Source: Alkalispirochaeta sp. (lineage in GTDB: Bacteria; Spirochaetota; Spirochaetia; DSM-27196; Alkalispirochaetaceae). From it: a DNA stretch of 64,000 nucleotides. The translations under genes and the position numbers were made by a program. The DNA lies in NCBI GenBank assembly GCA_965601925.1, contig OZ271854.1, forward strand, positions 3,904,001 through 3,968,000, read 5' to 3'. This document shows positions 10,974 through 20,642 of this stretch, piece after piece. The number at the start of each line of letters is the position of its first letter. The first letter of the stretch is position 1. Under the pieces are notes generated by a model. It did not search any database and was not told the origin of the DNA. It saw only the letters and a list, made by a program, of their open reading frames with translations.

Positions 10974-12738
10974 GATTTCCTCGCTTGCTGTAGGACTCTT
11001 CGGCCGCGCTCTCCAGGCCGTCGGAGACCCCGTCCACCATGGAGACGATCTCCGACTCGAGCCGCGCGAACTCGTCGGACTCCCACTCGGCGCTGTTGTA
11101 GTCGATAAACTTCTGACGGAGTTGGTAGAAGAAGTTACGCGCCTGATCTTTTCCGTCCATTTTCAGGCGACTGCCCAGAATGCGAAATAGTACGTCGAAT
11201 ACGTGCCGTTGCCGTTCCACATTGACCGCCGCGTCGACCGGGTCGAAGGCGTTTTGCTGGAGATACACGGCGTCGAGAAAGTCACCCTTCAGATACAGGA
11301 GATAATCCTCGAGGGCGGTGCCCTCCTCACCGACGACCTTCATCATCTGGCCGACTTCGTCGCCGCGAAAAAGGATATCTCTGGCGTACTCGGTCAGGCT
11401 GGTGTTGACGAGTCCCGGGTATTTGCTCCAGCTGTCCATCGGATCGATCGCCGGGTACTTTCTGGCGTCCGAACGGGAGCGCGACAGCCCGTGAAACGCC
11501 CCGACGACCTTGAGGGTCGCCTGCGTAACCGGCTCCTCGAAGTTACCGCCGGCGGGACTCACGGTGCCGCCGATGGTGACCGAGCCGGTGTTGCCGTCCT
11601 TGAGGCGAACGACGCCGGCGCGCTCGTAGAACGATGCAATGACCGACTCGAGGTAGGCGGGAAAGGCCTCCTCACCGGGGATCTCCTCCAGGCGACCGCT
11701 CATCTCGCGCATCGCCTGCGCCCAGCGGCTGGTGGAGTCTGCGAGCAAGAGGACGTTGAGTCCCATCTGGCGGTAGTATTCTGCGATCGTGACCGCCGTA
11801 TAGACCGAGGCCTCGCGTGCCGCGACGGGCATCGAACTTGTGTTACAGATAATGACGGTGCGCTCCATGAGCGACTTTCCGGTCCGGGGGTCGATGAGCT
11901 CGGGAAACTCGCGCAGCGTCTCTACGACCTCGCCCGCGCGCTCACCGCACGCCGCCACGATAACGACGTCGACGTCGGCGTTACGGCTGGTAATCTGCTG
12001 GAGTACGGTCTTTCCCGCGCCGAAAGGGCCGGGAATACAGTAGGTGCCGCCGCGCGCTACCGGTAGAAAGGTGTCGATAATCCGCACCTTGGTGACCATC
12101 GGTTCTTCGGGACGCATGCGTTCGGCGTAGGCGTTGATCGCGCGCTTTACCGGCCATTCGAAGACCATCGTAATCTCGTGACTCGTGCCGTCTTCGCCCT
12201 CAACGACCGCCACGGTATGGTCGACGGTGTAGTCGCCCGCCGGAGTCACCGTCTTCACGGTGTACACGCCCAGCATACCGAACGGGATCATGATGCGGTG
12301 GCGGAATATGCCCTCCTCAACCGAGCCGACCTCGTCGCCTCGCGTGAGCGTATCGCCGGGCTTTACCGAGGGCGTGAAGCTCCACGTGCGAGTACGGTCG
12401 AGGGCCTTGAGGTAGACACCGCGCTGAAGGAAGAAGCCGGCCTGTTCGGCCAACTCGGGCAGTGGATTCTGCAGACCGTCGCAAACGGTGGAAAGGAGCC
12501 CGGGTCCCAACTCGACGGCGAGAAGCTCACCGGTGAAATCGACGTTGTCTCCGACGGCGACGCCTTTGGTATCTTCGAATACCTGTACCTCGACTTGGTC
12601 TCCGCGTACGCGAATAACCTCCGCCTTGAGACGTTTGTCCTCGACGTTGATGTATCCGACCTCGTTCATCGAAACGTCTCCGCTCACCGAAACACTTACC
12701 ATGTTCCCGTTTACGGCAACTACACTACCTGTTGTCAT
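10966..12738 (-). CDS. ntpA: V/A-type ATP synthase subunit A
   Basis: Walker [47 protein letters not shown]. Confidence 0.98.
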   Translation of the reverse strand: MTTGSVVAVNGNMVSVSVSGDVSMNEVGYINVEDKRLKAEVIRVRGDQVEVQVFEDTKGVAVGDNVDFTGELLAVELGPGLLSTVCDGLQNPLPELAEQAGFFLQRGVYLKALDRTRTWSFTPSVKPGDTLTRGDEVGSVEEGIFRHRIMIPFGMLGVYTVKTVTPAGDYTVDHTVAVVEGEDGTSHEITMVFEWPVKRAINAYAERMRPEEPMVTKVRIIDTFLPVARGGTYCIPGPFGAGKTVLQQITSRNADVDVVIVAACGERAGEVVETLREFPELIDPRTGKSLMERTVIICNTSSMPVAAREASVYTAVTIAEYYRQMGLNVLLLADSTSRWAQAMREMSGRLEEIPGEEAFPAYLESVIASFYERAGVVRLKDGNTGSVTIGGTVSPAGGNFEEPVTQATLKVVGAFHGLSRSRSDARKYPAIDPMDSWSKYPGLVNTSLTEYARDILFRGDEVGQMMKVVGEEGTALEDYLLYLKGDFLDAVYLQQNAFDPVDAAVNVERQRHVFDVLFRILGSRLKMDGKDQARNFFYQLRQKFIDYNSAEWESDEFARLESEIVSMVDGVSDGLESAAEESYSKRGNHA

Positions 12739-13304
12739 GTCGCAATCTCCATCAATGACTGTGCAACCTCGTTATACTGGTGATCAAACGCCTCGCCGCC
12801 GGCCTCGCTATCGTTGATACGAGCCCTACGCGCGGCGATCTGTAGTTTGAGGTGATACACGACCAGTTTTTCGCGATCGAAGTGGTGCCCCGTCTCGAGG
12901 CTGTCCGCGGTTTGCCACAGCCAGCGAAGGAGCGCGTTTTCTATCTTTAAGGGATTATCTTCGTTGAGAATCTGGCGCAGCCGCTCCGGTATGGACGGAT
13001 CGGTGACGTCCGGTCGCGGGAGACGATCGGCCTCCCATCCGAGGGCCTGGGCTCGTAGGAGCGCCGCCTGCCGCTGGAACTCGCGCACGGTCTTATTCCA
13101 CGCCCCGAGGACTCCGTAATGCGTCGTTTCGTCGGTGTCGTCCGCCCGCTCCTCCAGAAGGATTGCGGCCTCGGAGACGTAGCGTAGGTCCTCTGCGCTC
13201 AGTTCGATCTCGCATACGGCAAGAAACTCGGCGCGAGAGAGAAACGGCGGCTCCTCCAGCTTGAGACCGGGTAACGATGCAACGGTGTAATAGTATTGGT
13301 TCAC
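12735..13304 (-). CDS. DUF2764-like protein (putative V-ATPase subunit C equivalent)
   Basis: YYYTVASLP N-terminus and HFDREKLVVYHLKLQI C-terminal motif; lies between subunits E and A. Confidence 0.8.
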   Translation of the reverse strand: MNQYYYTVASLPGLKLEEPPFLSRAEFLAVCEIELSAEDLRYVSEAAILLEERADDTDETTHYGVLGAWNKTVREFQRQAALLRAQALGWEADRLPRPDVTDPSIPERLRQILNEDNPLKIENALLRWLWQTADSLETGHHFDREKLVVYHLKLQIAARRARINDSEAGGEAFDHQYNEVAQSLMEIAT

Positions 13305-13317
13305 CGAAGCGCGCCTC

Positions 13318-13929
13318 TTAGGAGCGACCGGCGTTGCGCATCAGTTCCGCCAGGCGCGGGTTGAGATACGCGGCGAGGAGATCCGCGAGTGTCTCTTCGG
13401 TGAAGTCGTAGTACGAAGCACCGTCCTTGGAGCCGATGCGGAATCCGGCGGCGATACCTTTGACGGGACGGATCTCGACGCCTTTGGCGAGCGTCGCCGA
13501 GAGCGCTTTGTGCAGACTCTTCTCCAGAGCGTCGCGATCGTTTTCTCCGACCAGCACCTCGATCCCATCGCTCTCGGAGGTGCTCCACGTCTTCACCAGT
13601 TGTGCGATGAGGTCGGCCATCCGATCGGGGGTCAACGCGGCGGCGACCTCTTCGCGTTGTACACTGCCGAACAGCGCCGTAAGTTCCGTGCGCACAGCGA
13701 GAAGAAGATCGCGCGAGGCCTGTTTAAGAGCCGCCTCGCCGGCGGCTTTGGTGCGTGCGGCTTCCTCGTGAGCTTCTTTTACGATCGTTTCGGCCTGCTC
13801 ACGGGCGCGATCGATCGACGCCTGCGCCTGCTTTTCCGCGGAGTCAATGATCTGGCGCGTTCGTTCCTCCGCGCCCTTGATCCCCTCGCTATGGATCTTT
13901 TCGATTATGTCCTGCAGTTGCGTGTCCAT
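13318..13929 (-). CDS. ntpE: V/A-type ATP synthase subunit E
   Basis: MDTQLQDIIEKIHSEGI coiled-coil N-terminus, GFRIGSKDGASYYDFT C-terminus; AAGGA ribosome-binding site before the ATG at 13929. Confidence 0.92.
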   Translation of the reverse strand: MDTQLQDIIEKIHSEGIKGAEERTRQIIDSAEKQAQASIDRAREQAETIVKEAHEEAARTKAAGEAALKQASRDLLLAVRTELTALFGSVQREEVAAALTPDRMADLIAQLVKTWSTSESDGIEVLVGENDRDALEKSLHKALSATLAKGVEIRPVKGIAAGFRIGSKDGASYYDFTEETLADLLAAYLNPRLAELMRNAGRS

Positions 13930-13967
13930 GTGTGATCCTTTGTGTCCGTATTCAACGTCCACGTCAT

Positions 13968-13995
13968 ACTATATTCAAGCGAGACGCCAGGACAA
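13968..13995 (-). promoter_or_regulatory. Putative sigma70 promoter of the V-ATPase operon
   Basis: TTGTCC-16nt-TATAGT on the minus strand upstream of ntpE. Confidence 0.4.
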
Positions 13996-14055
13996 GGCCG
14001 AAACCGATTTTGTTTATGAAATCGTTCTTTTACGATCGATTTCGTCGGTAGAGAA

Positions 14056-14454
14056 TTACGCGGTTCCGAGGGAGAGGTCGCCGATGATTTTGAACAGATC
14101 GCCCTCTCGCACCACATCGAGCGTTCTATCGGGAAAGAAGCGCGGAACGAGTTCGCGGACTCGTCGCGCCGTGTACTCGCGGATCTCCTCGACGACCGAG
14201 CGCTCAACGTCGGTCAGGGTAACCATACGCACCTCGATGACATACCCCTTGCCGTGTTCGCTCCCGTAGCCGGCGGAAAACGACGCGCCGACGTTGAATA
14301 GACCGTCATGTTCGCTGTTGGACGACAGTCCGCGCGAGAGGCGCGCCGGGTGGAGGGGATAGCGCGCGCCCCAGCGATCCTCGAGTTCGCGGTCGATTTC
14401 ATCGAAGAGCCGCTTGAGCGTTCGCTCAAATGATAGGACTTCTCGGCCGCGCAT
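14056..14454 (-). CDS. Hypothetical protein
   Basis: 132 aa, protein-like composition (YPLHPAR...FNVGASFSAGYGSEHGKGYVIEV), tightly packed in the minus-strand operon. Confidence 0.7.
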   Translation of the reverse strand: MRGREVLSFERTLKRLFDEIDRELEDRWGARYPLHPARLSRGLSSNSEHDGLFNVGASFSAGYGSEHGKGYVIEVRMVTLTDVERSVVEEIREYTARRVRELVPRFFPDRTLDVVREGDLFKIIGDLSLGTA

Positions 14455-14457
14455 CGC

Positions 14458-15084
14458 CTATTCGTGCCGTATACGCAGAACGACGTCCTCACGATTGAGG
14501 AGGAGCGTGGCCATGGGCACCGACCACATGAGATCTCGGCCGCGCCGATCGCTCTCCAAACGCGCCCCCTCGACCTCGGCGACGACGACTTCCATCGGTT
14601 CGGTGCCGCGGATGCGAATCGAGAACTGCTCTCCCCGGAAGGCGTCGGCGATCAACGTGCGCTGCTCCTCATCCGCTTCGGCGAGACCCCGTGCCAACGG
14701 GATAGAAAGTTCGCCGGTGTCGGGATCGAACTCGAGCGCGCGCCCCTCGATTCCGCCCCAGATCGAGGCGAGACTCTCCACCGAACCGACGCGATAGCGG
14801 GTCGTCACCGAGACGCGCTCGTCCCCCGTATCGATCGAATGGTCGGTAAGCTCAACGTCATCGTACAAGCCGGCGGTCTCGCGAGCGTCTCTGAGAGAGA
14901 CGGGAATCGGACGTTCCGGGCTGTCTTGGTCGAACACGCCCAGCTCCCATATCGACCGAGGCATCTCGTAATCGATCGCTAACTCAATTCTCTCGGGGTT
15001 CCGTACATCGAGGGATACATTCGTGGAAAGACATGCGGTCGATAGGACCGCCGTGATGGTGACAACGACAATGAGCTTCTTCAC
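14458..15084 (-). CDS. Putative lipoprotein
   Basis: GTG start; MKKLIVVVTITAVLSTAC basic-hydrophobic-Cys lipoprotein signal. Confidence 0.7.
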   Translation of the reverse strand: MKKLIVVVTITAVLSTACLSTNVSLDVRNPERIELAIDYEMPRSIWELGVFDQDSPERPIPVSLRDARETAGLYDDVELTDHSIDTGDERVSVTTRYRVGSVESLASIWGGIEGRALEFDPDTGELSIPLARGLAEADEEQRTLIADAFRGEQFSIRIRGTEPMEVVVAEVEGARLESDRRGRDLMWSVPMATLLLNREDVVLRIRHE

Positions 15085-15110
15085 GGCCGAGAGCCTACCT
15101 CGGAAACTCG

Positions 15111-17453
15111 TCAAAGCTCAACTACGGTCTTCCCGAATCCACCCTCCTCGGGGCGCGCGAAGTCGAAGGAGCGCACCTCGCGCCGTGAAAGGAGGTAGTC
15201 CCGGACGCCTTTCTGCAGTACGCCGGTGCCCGTGCCGTGAATTATTGAAAAGCGGGTCAACCCCGAGAGCACCGCGCCGTCGATCTGGCGCTCCAACTCC
15301 TGGATCGCCTCCGCGAGGCGGCGTCCTCGGATATCGAGCTCCAACTCGGGTCGCGTATCGACGGACGCATCGTGGTGGTACGAGGTGGACGTGAGGGAAC
15401 GATCCGTCGCGGTGAGGCGCTTCTTCGTCAGTTCGCGAAGAGGGACGCTCATTCTAATCGCTCCGAACTGCACCTCAGAGCGTTTACCGCGTACACTGCG
15501 CACGACACCCTCGCGCCCGGTGCGGCGGTGAATGACCGTATCCCCCTCGGCCGGTGGAGAGCCCTCCTCGGTCGGTTCCGGTTCCACGCGGTGCGAGAGA
15601 AGCTTCTCATCCTCAGCGTCGCGTGACGCCTCGAGCTCCCGAATCGCCTCTTGGGCGTGCAGAATGTCCTCTTTGGCGAGGTTCGTCCCTTGGTGCCGTA
15701 ATCGTCGCACCTCGGCCTCGATTCTTCGCCTACCGTCGCCGAGGATTCGATTGATCGCGGCCAACCCCTCGGCGCGCAACTCGTTTTCGCGGTGCGCCAG
15801 CTCGCGCTCGCCGTCGGTTAGTGCCGATTCACGCTCGTCGAGCAACGTTGCGCGTTCATCGACCGCCTCGAGGCGCTCGGCGAGGCGTCGCTCACCCTCT
15901 CCGAGGCGGTTAATGATCTCCGCGACGCTATGTTCGCCGCGGTCTTGATACGACCGGGCACGCTCGATGATCGCCGCGTCGAGGCCGACCCGTTGCGCCG
16001 TATCGATGGCGTGGCTCGATCCGGGACGTCCCGGTACGACGCGGTAGGTGGGGCGTTGCGACGCCTCGTCAAAGGCCATCGATGCGTTGGCCGCCTGGGT
16101 TCGCGTATACCCATAGTGTTTGAGCACCGTCTGGTGTGTCGTGACCACAACGGTGCTCCCCTGCTCTATTAGGTGATCCACGACCGCCATGGAGAGCGCC
16201 GCGGCCTCCTCGGGATCGGTACCGCCGCCCAGCTCATCGAGGAGGATGAGGCTACCGACGGCGGCGTGGTCGCACACCTCGGCAAGATTACGCAGGTGCC
16301 CGGAGAACGTGGAGAGTGCGGCATCCAATGATTGTTCGTCGCCTATGTCGACTCCCCAGTAATCGAAGAGCGGAATCACGCTGCCGTCGTCGACGGGGAC
16401 GGGAATCGCGCTCTGATTCATCATGCTCAACAGTCCGACCGTCTTGAGAAGTACCGTCTTGCCGCCGGTGTTGGGTCCGCTGACCACGACGATGCGCGTC
16501 GCCTCGTCGAAGGCGATATCCAGAGGCACGCACGCGCTTCCCAACAGCGGATGGCAGGCACCCTTGAGGACGATGCGCTCCCCGACCGGCAGAATGCGAC
16601 CGCCGTGGCGGATGGTGTACCGAGCCCGGGCGAGGAGCGTATCGGCATCGACTATCCGCTCGTGCAGGACGTCAAGGGCCTCGACGTGTTCGCGTACCAG
16701 GGAGCTGAGGCGGCGCAGGACGCGCTGAATTTCGCGGAGGATCGCGTTGGAGGCGTGGACGAGACCGTTGTTGAGGTCGACGATCTCTCGCGGCTCGACG
16801 TATAACGTCTCTCCGCTTCCAGACGCTTCGTGTACGATCCCGTCGATACGTCCGCGAAAGTTTGCCGCCAAAGGAAGGACGGTCCGACCGTCGCGCACGG
16901 TCGCCTGATCGCCCCGATACATCTGTTTGTCGCGACGAATCATCTCGGCTGCGGCATCGAGTATGGTGCGGTTGAGCCTGCGGATGTCACTGCGCAGGCC
17001 GGCGATCTCCGGCACCGCATCTTCGTTTATCGTACCGTCCTCGCCGATGAGTCGTTTCAGCGGGCGTAGAAGATCCTCGGGTACTTCGAGAGCGTCGAAC
17101 TCCCCGGCGGACGACGCCTCATCCTCTTCGCCGCGCGAAAAGAACCGCCGTACGTCGTCGGCGTACTCGAGGAACACCCGTATATCGCGGAGCGCATCGC
17201 CGTCGGCGACCGCACCGTCCCGCGCAATCTCGTCCAGGATCGGTCGTATCGCGGGAACCGCGCCGGCCGGTATTGCGGCTCCCGACTCCAAGCGTGTGAG
17301 GATGTCCCGGACCGTCGCTTGTCGCGAGGCGAGTCGGTCGGAATCGACGATCGGCTCCATGCGCGTGAGTACGTCGGCAGCCTCTTCGCACGAGGCGTAC
17401 TCGGCGACCGCGGCGCGAATGCGGTCAAACTCCAACAAATGAATCGAATCCAT
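15111..17453 (-). CDS. mutS2: MutS2 endonuclease with C-terminal Smr domain
   Basis: LEFDRI N-terminus, SGPNTGGKT Walker A, LSTFSGH, DELGGGTDP, coiled coil, Smr domain (LDIRG...IIHGTGTGVL...GGFGKTVV). Confidence 0.95.
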   Translation of the reverse strand: MDSIHLLEFDRIRAAVAEYASCEEAADVLTRMEPIVDSDRLASRQATVRDILTRLESGAAIPAGAVPAIRPILDEIARDGAVADGDALRDIRVFLEYADDVRRFFSRGEEDEASSAGEFDALEVPEDLLRPLKRLIGEDGTINEDAVPEIAGLRSDIRRLNRTILDAAAEMIRRDKQMYRGDQATVRDGRTVLPLAANFRGRIDGIVHEASGSGETLYVEPREIVDLNNGLVHASNAILREIQRVLRRLSSLVREHVEALDVLHERIVDADTLLARARYTIRHGGRILPVGERIVLKGACHPLLGSACVPLDIAFDEATRIVVVSGPNTGGKTVLLKTVGLLSMMNQSAIPVPVDDGSVIPLFDYWGVDIGDEQSLDAALSTFSGHLRNLAEVCDHAAVGSLILLDELGGGTDPEEAAALSMAVVDHLIEQGSTVVVTTHQTVLKHYGYTRTQAANASMAFDEASQRPTYRVVPGRPGSSHAIDTAQRVGLDAAIIERARSYQDRGEHSVAEIINRLGEGERRLAERLEAVDERATLLDERESALTDGERELAHRENELRAEGLAAINRILGDGRRRIEAEVRRLRHQGTNLAKEDILHAQEAIRELEASRDAEDEKLLSHRVEPEPTEEGSPPAEGDTVIHRRTGREGVVRSVRGKRSEVQFGAIRMSVPLRELTKKRLTATDRSLTSTSYHHDASVDTRPELELDIRGRRLAEAIQELERQIDGAVLSGLTRFSIIHGTGTGVLQKGVRDYLLSRREVRSFDFARPEEGGFGKTVVEL

Positions 17454-17454
17454 G

Positions 17455-18387
17455 CTATCTCTCGCTGAAATCCTCTGAGATCCGGCGGTATGAGTCGTAA
17501 CGCCTCGCGTGTATCGCCCCCGACTCCACCGCGGCTCGGACGGCACACCCCGGCTCGTGGAGGTGCGTGCAACCGGGCATCCGGCAATCGGGTATGAAAG
17601 AGCGAAACTCTCGAAATCCGCCGGCGATCTCGACCAAGTCGTATCCGAACAGATCGTACTCTCGCACGCCCGGCGTGTCGATCAGTATCGTATCGCCGTG
17701 CGGGGATCGTCGAGCAATCACTTGACGGGCGAGCGTCGTGGTGTGGCGGCCTCGGTTGTAGCGTCGTGAAACCTCTCCGACGGCAAGATCGGCCCCCGGC
17801 ACCAGACGGTTTATGAGTGAGGACTTACCGACTCCCGACTGCCCGAAGAGCGCGGAAACGAGCCCCTCACCGTCGCCTCTAAGCCGCGCGGTGTCGTCGC
17901 GACCGAAGCGTTCGGACGCGTCTACGGCGCAGGTTCGGAAGACCGCGTAACCCACCTCTTCGAGAATGCGCTGGTGCTCCTCCGCGTCCGTGGGGTTGGG
18001 AAGGTCCGACTTATTGACGATAAGTGCGATCGGGATACGCTCCAGCTCGGCCATCGTCAGGACACGGTCGACGAAGTGTGCCCGATAGGTCGGCGAGGAG
18101 GCGCTGGTGACGAGGTACATTCGATCGACGTTTGCCGCGACCGCCTGGAGGCGCTGCCGTTTGCGATTCCACCGCACCACGGCGTTTCGGCGGGGAATGC
18201 GGCTCAGAATACGCGCGGTGCCAAGCTCGAGATCGAGCGCCACGCCGTCGCCGGGCGCCAAGGGGTTATGCTCGTCTTCTGCGCCGGGAAGTACCTTCCC
18301 CTTGAGTCGTACGTGTTCGTACAGCTCGCCGTTTTCGGCGCGGATATCGTATATGTTGTTGGCGCCCCACAAGACGGTGCCGTTCAC
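17455..18387 (-). CDS. rsgA: Ribosome small subunit-dependent GTPase A
   Basis: Circularly permuted GTPase (NKSD, GQSGVGKSS, GRHTTT, DTPG) and CxxxxCxHxxEPGC zinc site; GTG start at 18387. Confidence 0.95.
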   Translation of the reverse strand: MNGTVLWGANNIYDIRAENGELYEHVRLKGKVLPGAEDEHNPLAPGDGVALDLELGTARILSRIPRRNAVVRWNRKRQRLQAVAANVDRMYLVTSASSPTYRAHFVDRVLTMAELERIPIALIVNKSDLPNPTDAEEHQRILEEVGYAVFRTCAVDASERFGRDDTARLRGDGEGLVSALFGQSGVGKSSLINRLVPGADLAVGEVSRRYNRGRHTTTLARQVIARRSPHGDTILIDTPGVREYDLFGYDLVEIAGGFREFRSFIPDCRMPGCTHLHEPGCAVRAAVESGAIHARRYDSYRRISEDFSER

Positions 18388-19196
18388 CGGAGCGCGCCTA
18401 TTGCCGGCCCGACGCGCACCTCGTAGCGCTCTTCGAGACAGGACAACGACTCCGCACCGTCTCCGGTCCGGAAAAAGATCGGACGATCCGAGGCGTCGGC
18501 GTGGGCACGAGTGCGTGTCGTGCCACCGTCGACGACCTCGTGATTGAGGAGATGGGCGATACGCCGCGTGACGCCGTCTAAGGAGTCGACGACGGCGATA
18601 CGGCCTCCGAGGGCGCGCTCGAACTGTTGCCGATACGGTACGAAGTGGGTGCACGCCAACACGACCGTGTCGACGTCCGGCTCGAGGCGGTCGGTGACGT
18701 CCTCACGAATGACTCGTTCTATCTCGTCGGAACGCTCACCGCAGAGGTTTTTCTCAGCCGCGACGACGAGCCGGGGAAGCCCGAGGCGCGTCACGCGGCA
18801 GTAGCGGGCGAATTGGCGGACGAGTCCCTCGGTATACGGATCGTCGACGGTGCGGTTCGTGGCGAGTACGGCGATGTGTCCGGTGGCGGTCGCTTCGGCC
18901 GCCGGTTTCACCGCCGGCACCACTCCGACGACCGGCGTATCGGTGCCCTCACGGAGCTCTCCGAGGGCCACGACCGACGCGGTGTTGCACGCCAGAACGA
19001 TGACCGACAACGGATAGGTTTTCTCGATTCCGGTGACGAGCGATACGACTCGCTCTCGTACCGTCGCGGGCTCCTTCTCGCCGTAGGGAAAGAAGGCGTC
19101 GTCGGCGAGGTATGCGCAACGGTCGTTCGGCCTGCGGCGGCGGAACGCTTCGAGGTACGCAAGCCCGCCGACGCCGGAGTCAAAGAAGAGTACCAT
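18384..19196 (-). CDS. murI: Glutamate racemase
   Basis: FDSGVGG, FPYGEK, ACNTAS and LACTHF catalytic Cys motifs. Confidence 0.96.
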   Translation of the reverse strand: MVLFFDSGVGGLAYLEAFRRRRPNDRCAYLADDAFFPYGEKEPATVRERVVSLVTGIEKTYPLSVIVLACNTASVVALGELREGTDTPVVGVVPAVKPAAEATATGHIAVLATNRTVDDPYTEGLVRQFARYCRVTRLGLPRLVVAAEKNLCGERSDEIERVIREDVTDRLEPDVDTVVLACTHFVPYRQQFERALGGRIAVVDSLDGVTRRIAHLLNHEVVDGGTTRTRAHADASDRPIFFRTGDGAESLSCLEERYEVRVGPAIGALR

Positions 19197-19205
19197 CGTC
19201 TATCG

Positions 19206-19502
19206 TCACGAAAAGAGTGCGTCGAAGTCGCTGCGGGCGTCTCGGCGTCGCGTGTCGTTTCCGGCCTGCGAAGTCCCGCCGCGCGACGCCTCTGAAAGGC
19301 GAAAGTAGTCGCAGAAGTTACTCCGCTCCTTGTCGGATACGGCCTCGGGGATCGTTTCGCGACAGTCCCAGTGAGCTCCGGGTGCGTAGAACGTGCAGTT
19401 CTTGCAACAACGAACGGGACGGTTGCATTGCGGACATTCCAAAGAACGGGTGACGACCATCTCGCGAGGAAATGTGAAACCGCAATGGTGACAATCGGCC
19501 AT
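19206..19502 (-). CDS. Small Cys-rich hypothetical protein (putative metal-binding)
   Basis: 98 aa: CHHC...CPQC...CCKNC...C...FCDYF, ending FDALFS. Confidence 0.8.
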   Translation of the reverse strand: MADCHHCGFTFPREMVVTRSLECPQCNRPVRCCKNCTFYAPGAHWDCRETIPEAVSDKERSNFCDYFRLSEASRGGTSQAGNDTRRRDARSDFDALFS

Positions 19503-19508
19503 GGCGGA

Positions 19509-19558
19509 ATTGTATCTCCACCGACACTCTTGTGCAAGTTTGGGCCGGCCCCTACACT
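19509..19558. promoter_or_regulatory. Back-to-back sigma70 promoters with overlapping -35 boxes
   Basis: Minus strand: TTGCAC(19537-19532)-17-TACAAT(19514-19509). Plus strand: TTGTGC(19530-19535)-17-TACACT(19553-19558). Confidence 0.55.
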
Positions 19559-19566
19559 ACACAGTG

Positions 19567-20070
19567 ATGTTTGCACACCCTTGCGGGCAAACGGAGTTGG
19601 AGCGGCTTCTGACCGGCGACGATCGAGTTCTCGAGCATCTGGATTGTCGCGGTAAACGCCTCTCGAACCTCGACTTCAGCGGGCGCCATCTCAGATGGGT
19701 ACGTATGACCGACGCCCGCATCGAGAACTGCTCGTTTCAACGTGCAACGCTCGATTGTTGTTTTGCAGATTTTGCCGCCTTCGACCGGTGCGTATTCGAC
19801 GAGGCGACCATCTTCGTCTCCGTCTTCGCCGGCAGTCGTCTTCGCGAGAGTCGCTTTGTCGGAGCAACCGCCGATCAATGCAATTTCAACGCGATAGACG
19901 CCCGAGACATAGACTTCAGCGATGCCTCGTTAAAGCGTAGTCGATTCATCAACTCGCGTCTCACCGCCGTGACGTTTGCCAATTGCGATCTCAAGGACGC
20001 TTTTTTTCAGTTCAGTTTACGGAAAGACGTTGCGTTCAAGTATTCAAACGATGACGAGGCCTTTTTTTGA
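19567..20070 (+). CDS. Pentapeptide-repeat protein
   Basis: Tandem five-residue repeats (LDFSG, ARIEN, CSFQR, ATLDC, CVFDE, SVFAG, IDFSD, ASLKR, VTFAN, CDLKD). Confidence 0.88.
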   Translation: MFAHPCGQTELERLLTGDDRVLEHLDCRGKRLSNLDFSGRHLRWVRMTDARIENCSFQRATLDCCFADFAAFDRCVFDEATIFVSVFAGSRLRESRFVGATADQCNFNAIDARDIDFSDASLKRSRFINSRLTAVTFANCDLKDAFFQFSLRKDVAFKYSNDDEAFF

Positions 20071-20642
20071 ACGATCTGCTAACGATTCCCTACATGTCCG
20101 GCGGCAGCGAAACCGTTTCCTATATCGTGGCGCGCGGGGGAGCGCGTGAAGCGATTTTGATCGATCCGGTACGGTTCGATCGTGGATTGTATAGTGTCTT
20201 ACGGGATAACGATCTGGAGATCTCCGGAGTATTGGTAACCCACCCGGAAGACTATGTCGGGCACACCTTGCGGACACTCGGCAAAGTATTCGATTTCGAG
20301 CTCGTGTCGGGTTCGCGAGAGCTTCGGACCAAGCGGTATCGGTGTCTGCGCGGTGCCGATACGTTTCTCCTGTCCGGTTTCGAGATCTCGGCGATCCCCG
20401 CGCTCTCCCAGTCCCGCACATCGTTCATGTATCGTCTCGGGAGTTTCGTGTTCAGCGGCGCAATCGTTCACGCCGGAACGCTGGGCGACACATCCAACAC
20501 GTACGCCGAGGCGCTGTTGGTTGCGTTGGTCAAGGATTATCTGTTTACCCTCGATGACGATACGATACTGCTTCCGTCCGTCGGCCCACCGTCCACCATC
20601 CGGGTGGAACGCGAGCTCAGCCCGTTCTATCGCGAGGAGTGA
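20067..20642 (+). CDS. Metallo-beta-lactamase-fold protein (glyoxalase II-like) with degenerate metal site
   Basis: SYIV, AILIDP, VLVTH, AGTLG, LFTLDDDTILLPSVGPPSTIRVER pattern; THxHxDH is replaced by THPEDY. Confidence 0.75.
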   Translation: MNDLLTIPYMSGGSETVSYIVARGGAREAILIDPVRFDRGLYSVLRDNDLEISGVLVTHPEDYVGHTLRTLGKVFDFELVSGSRELRTKRYRCLRGADTFLLSGFEISAIPALSQSRTSFMYRLGSFVFSGAIVHAGTLGDTSNTYAEALLVALVKDYLFTLDDDTILLPSVGPPSTIRVERELSPFYREE

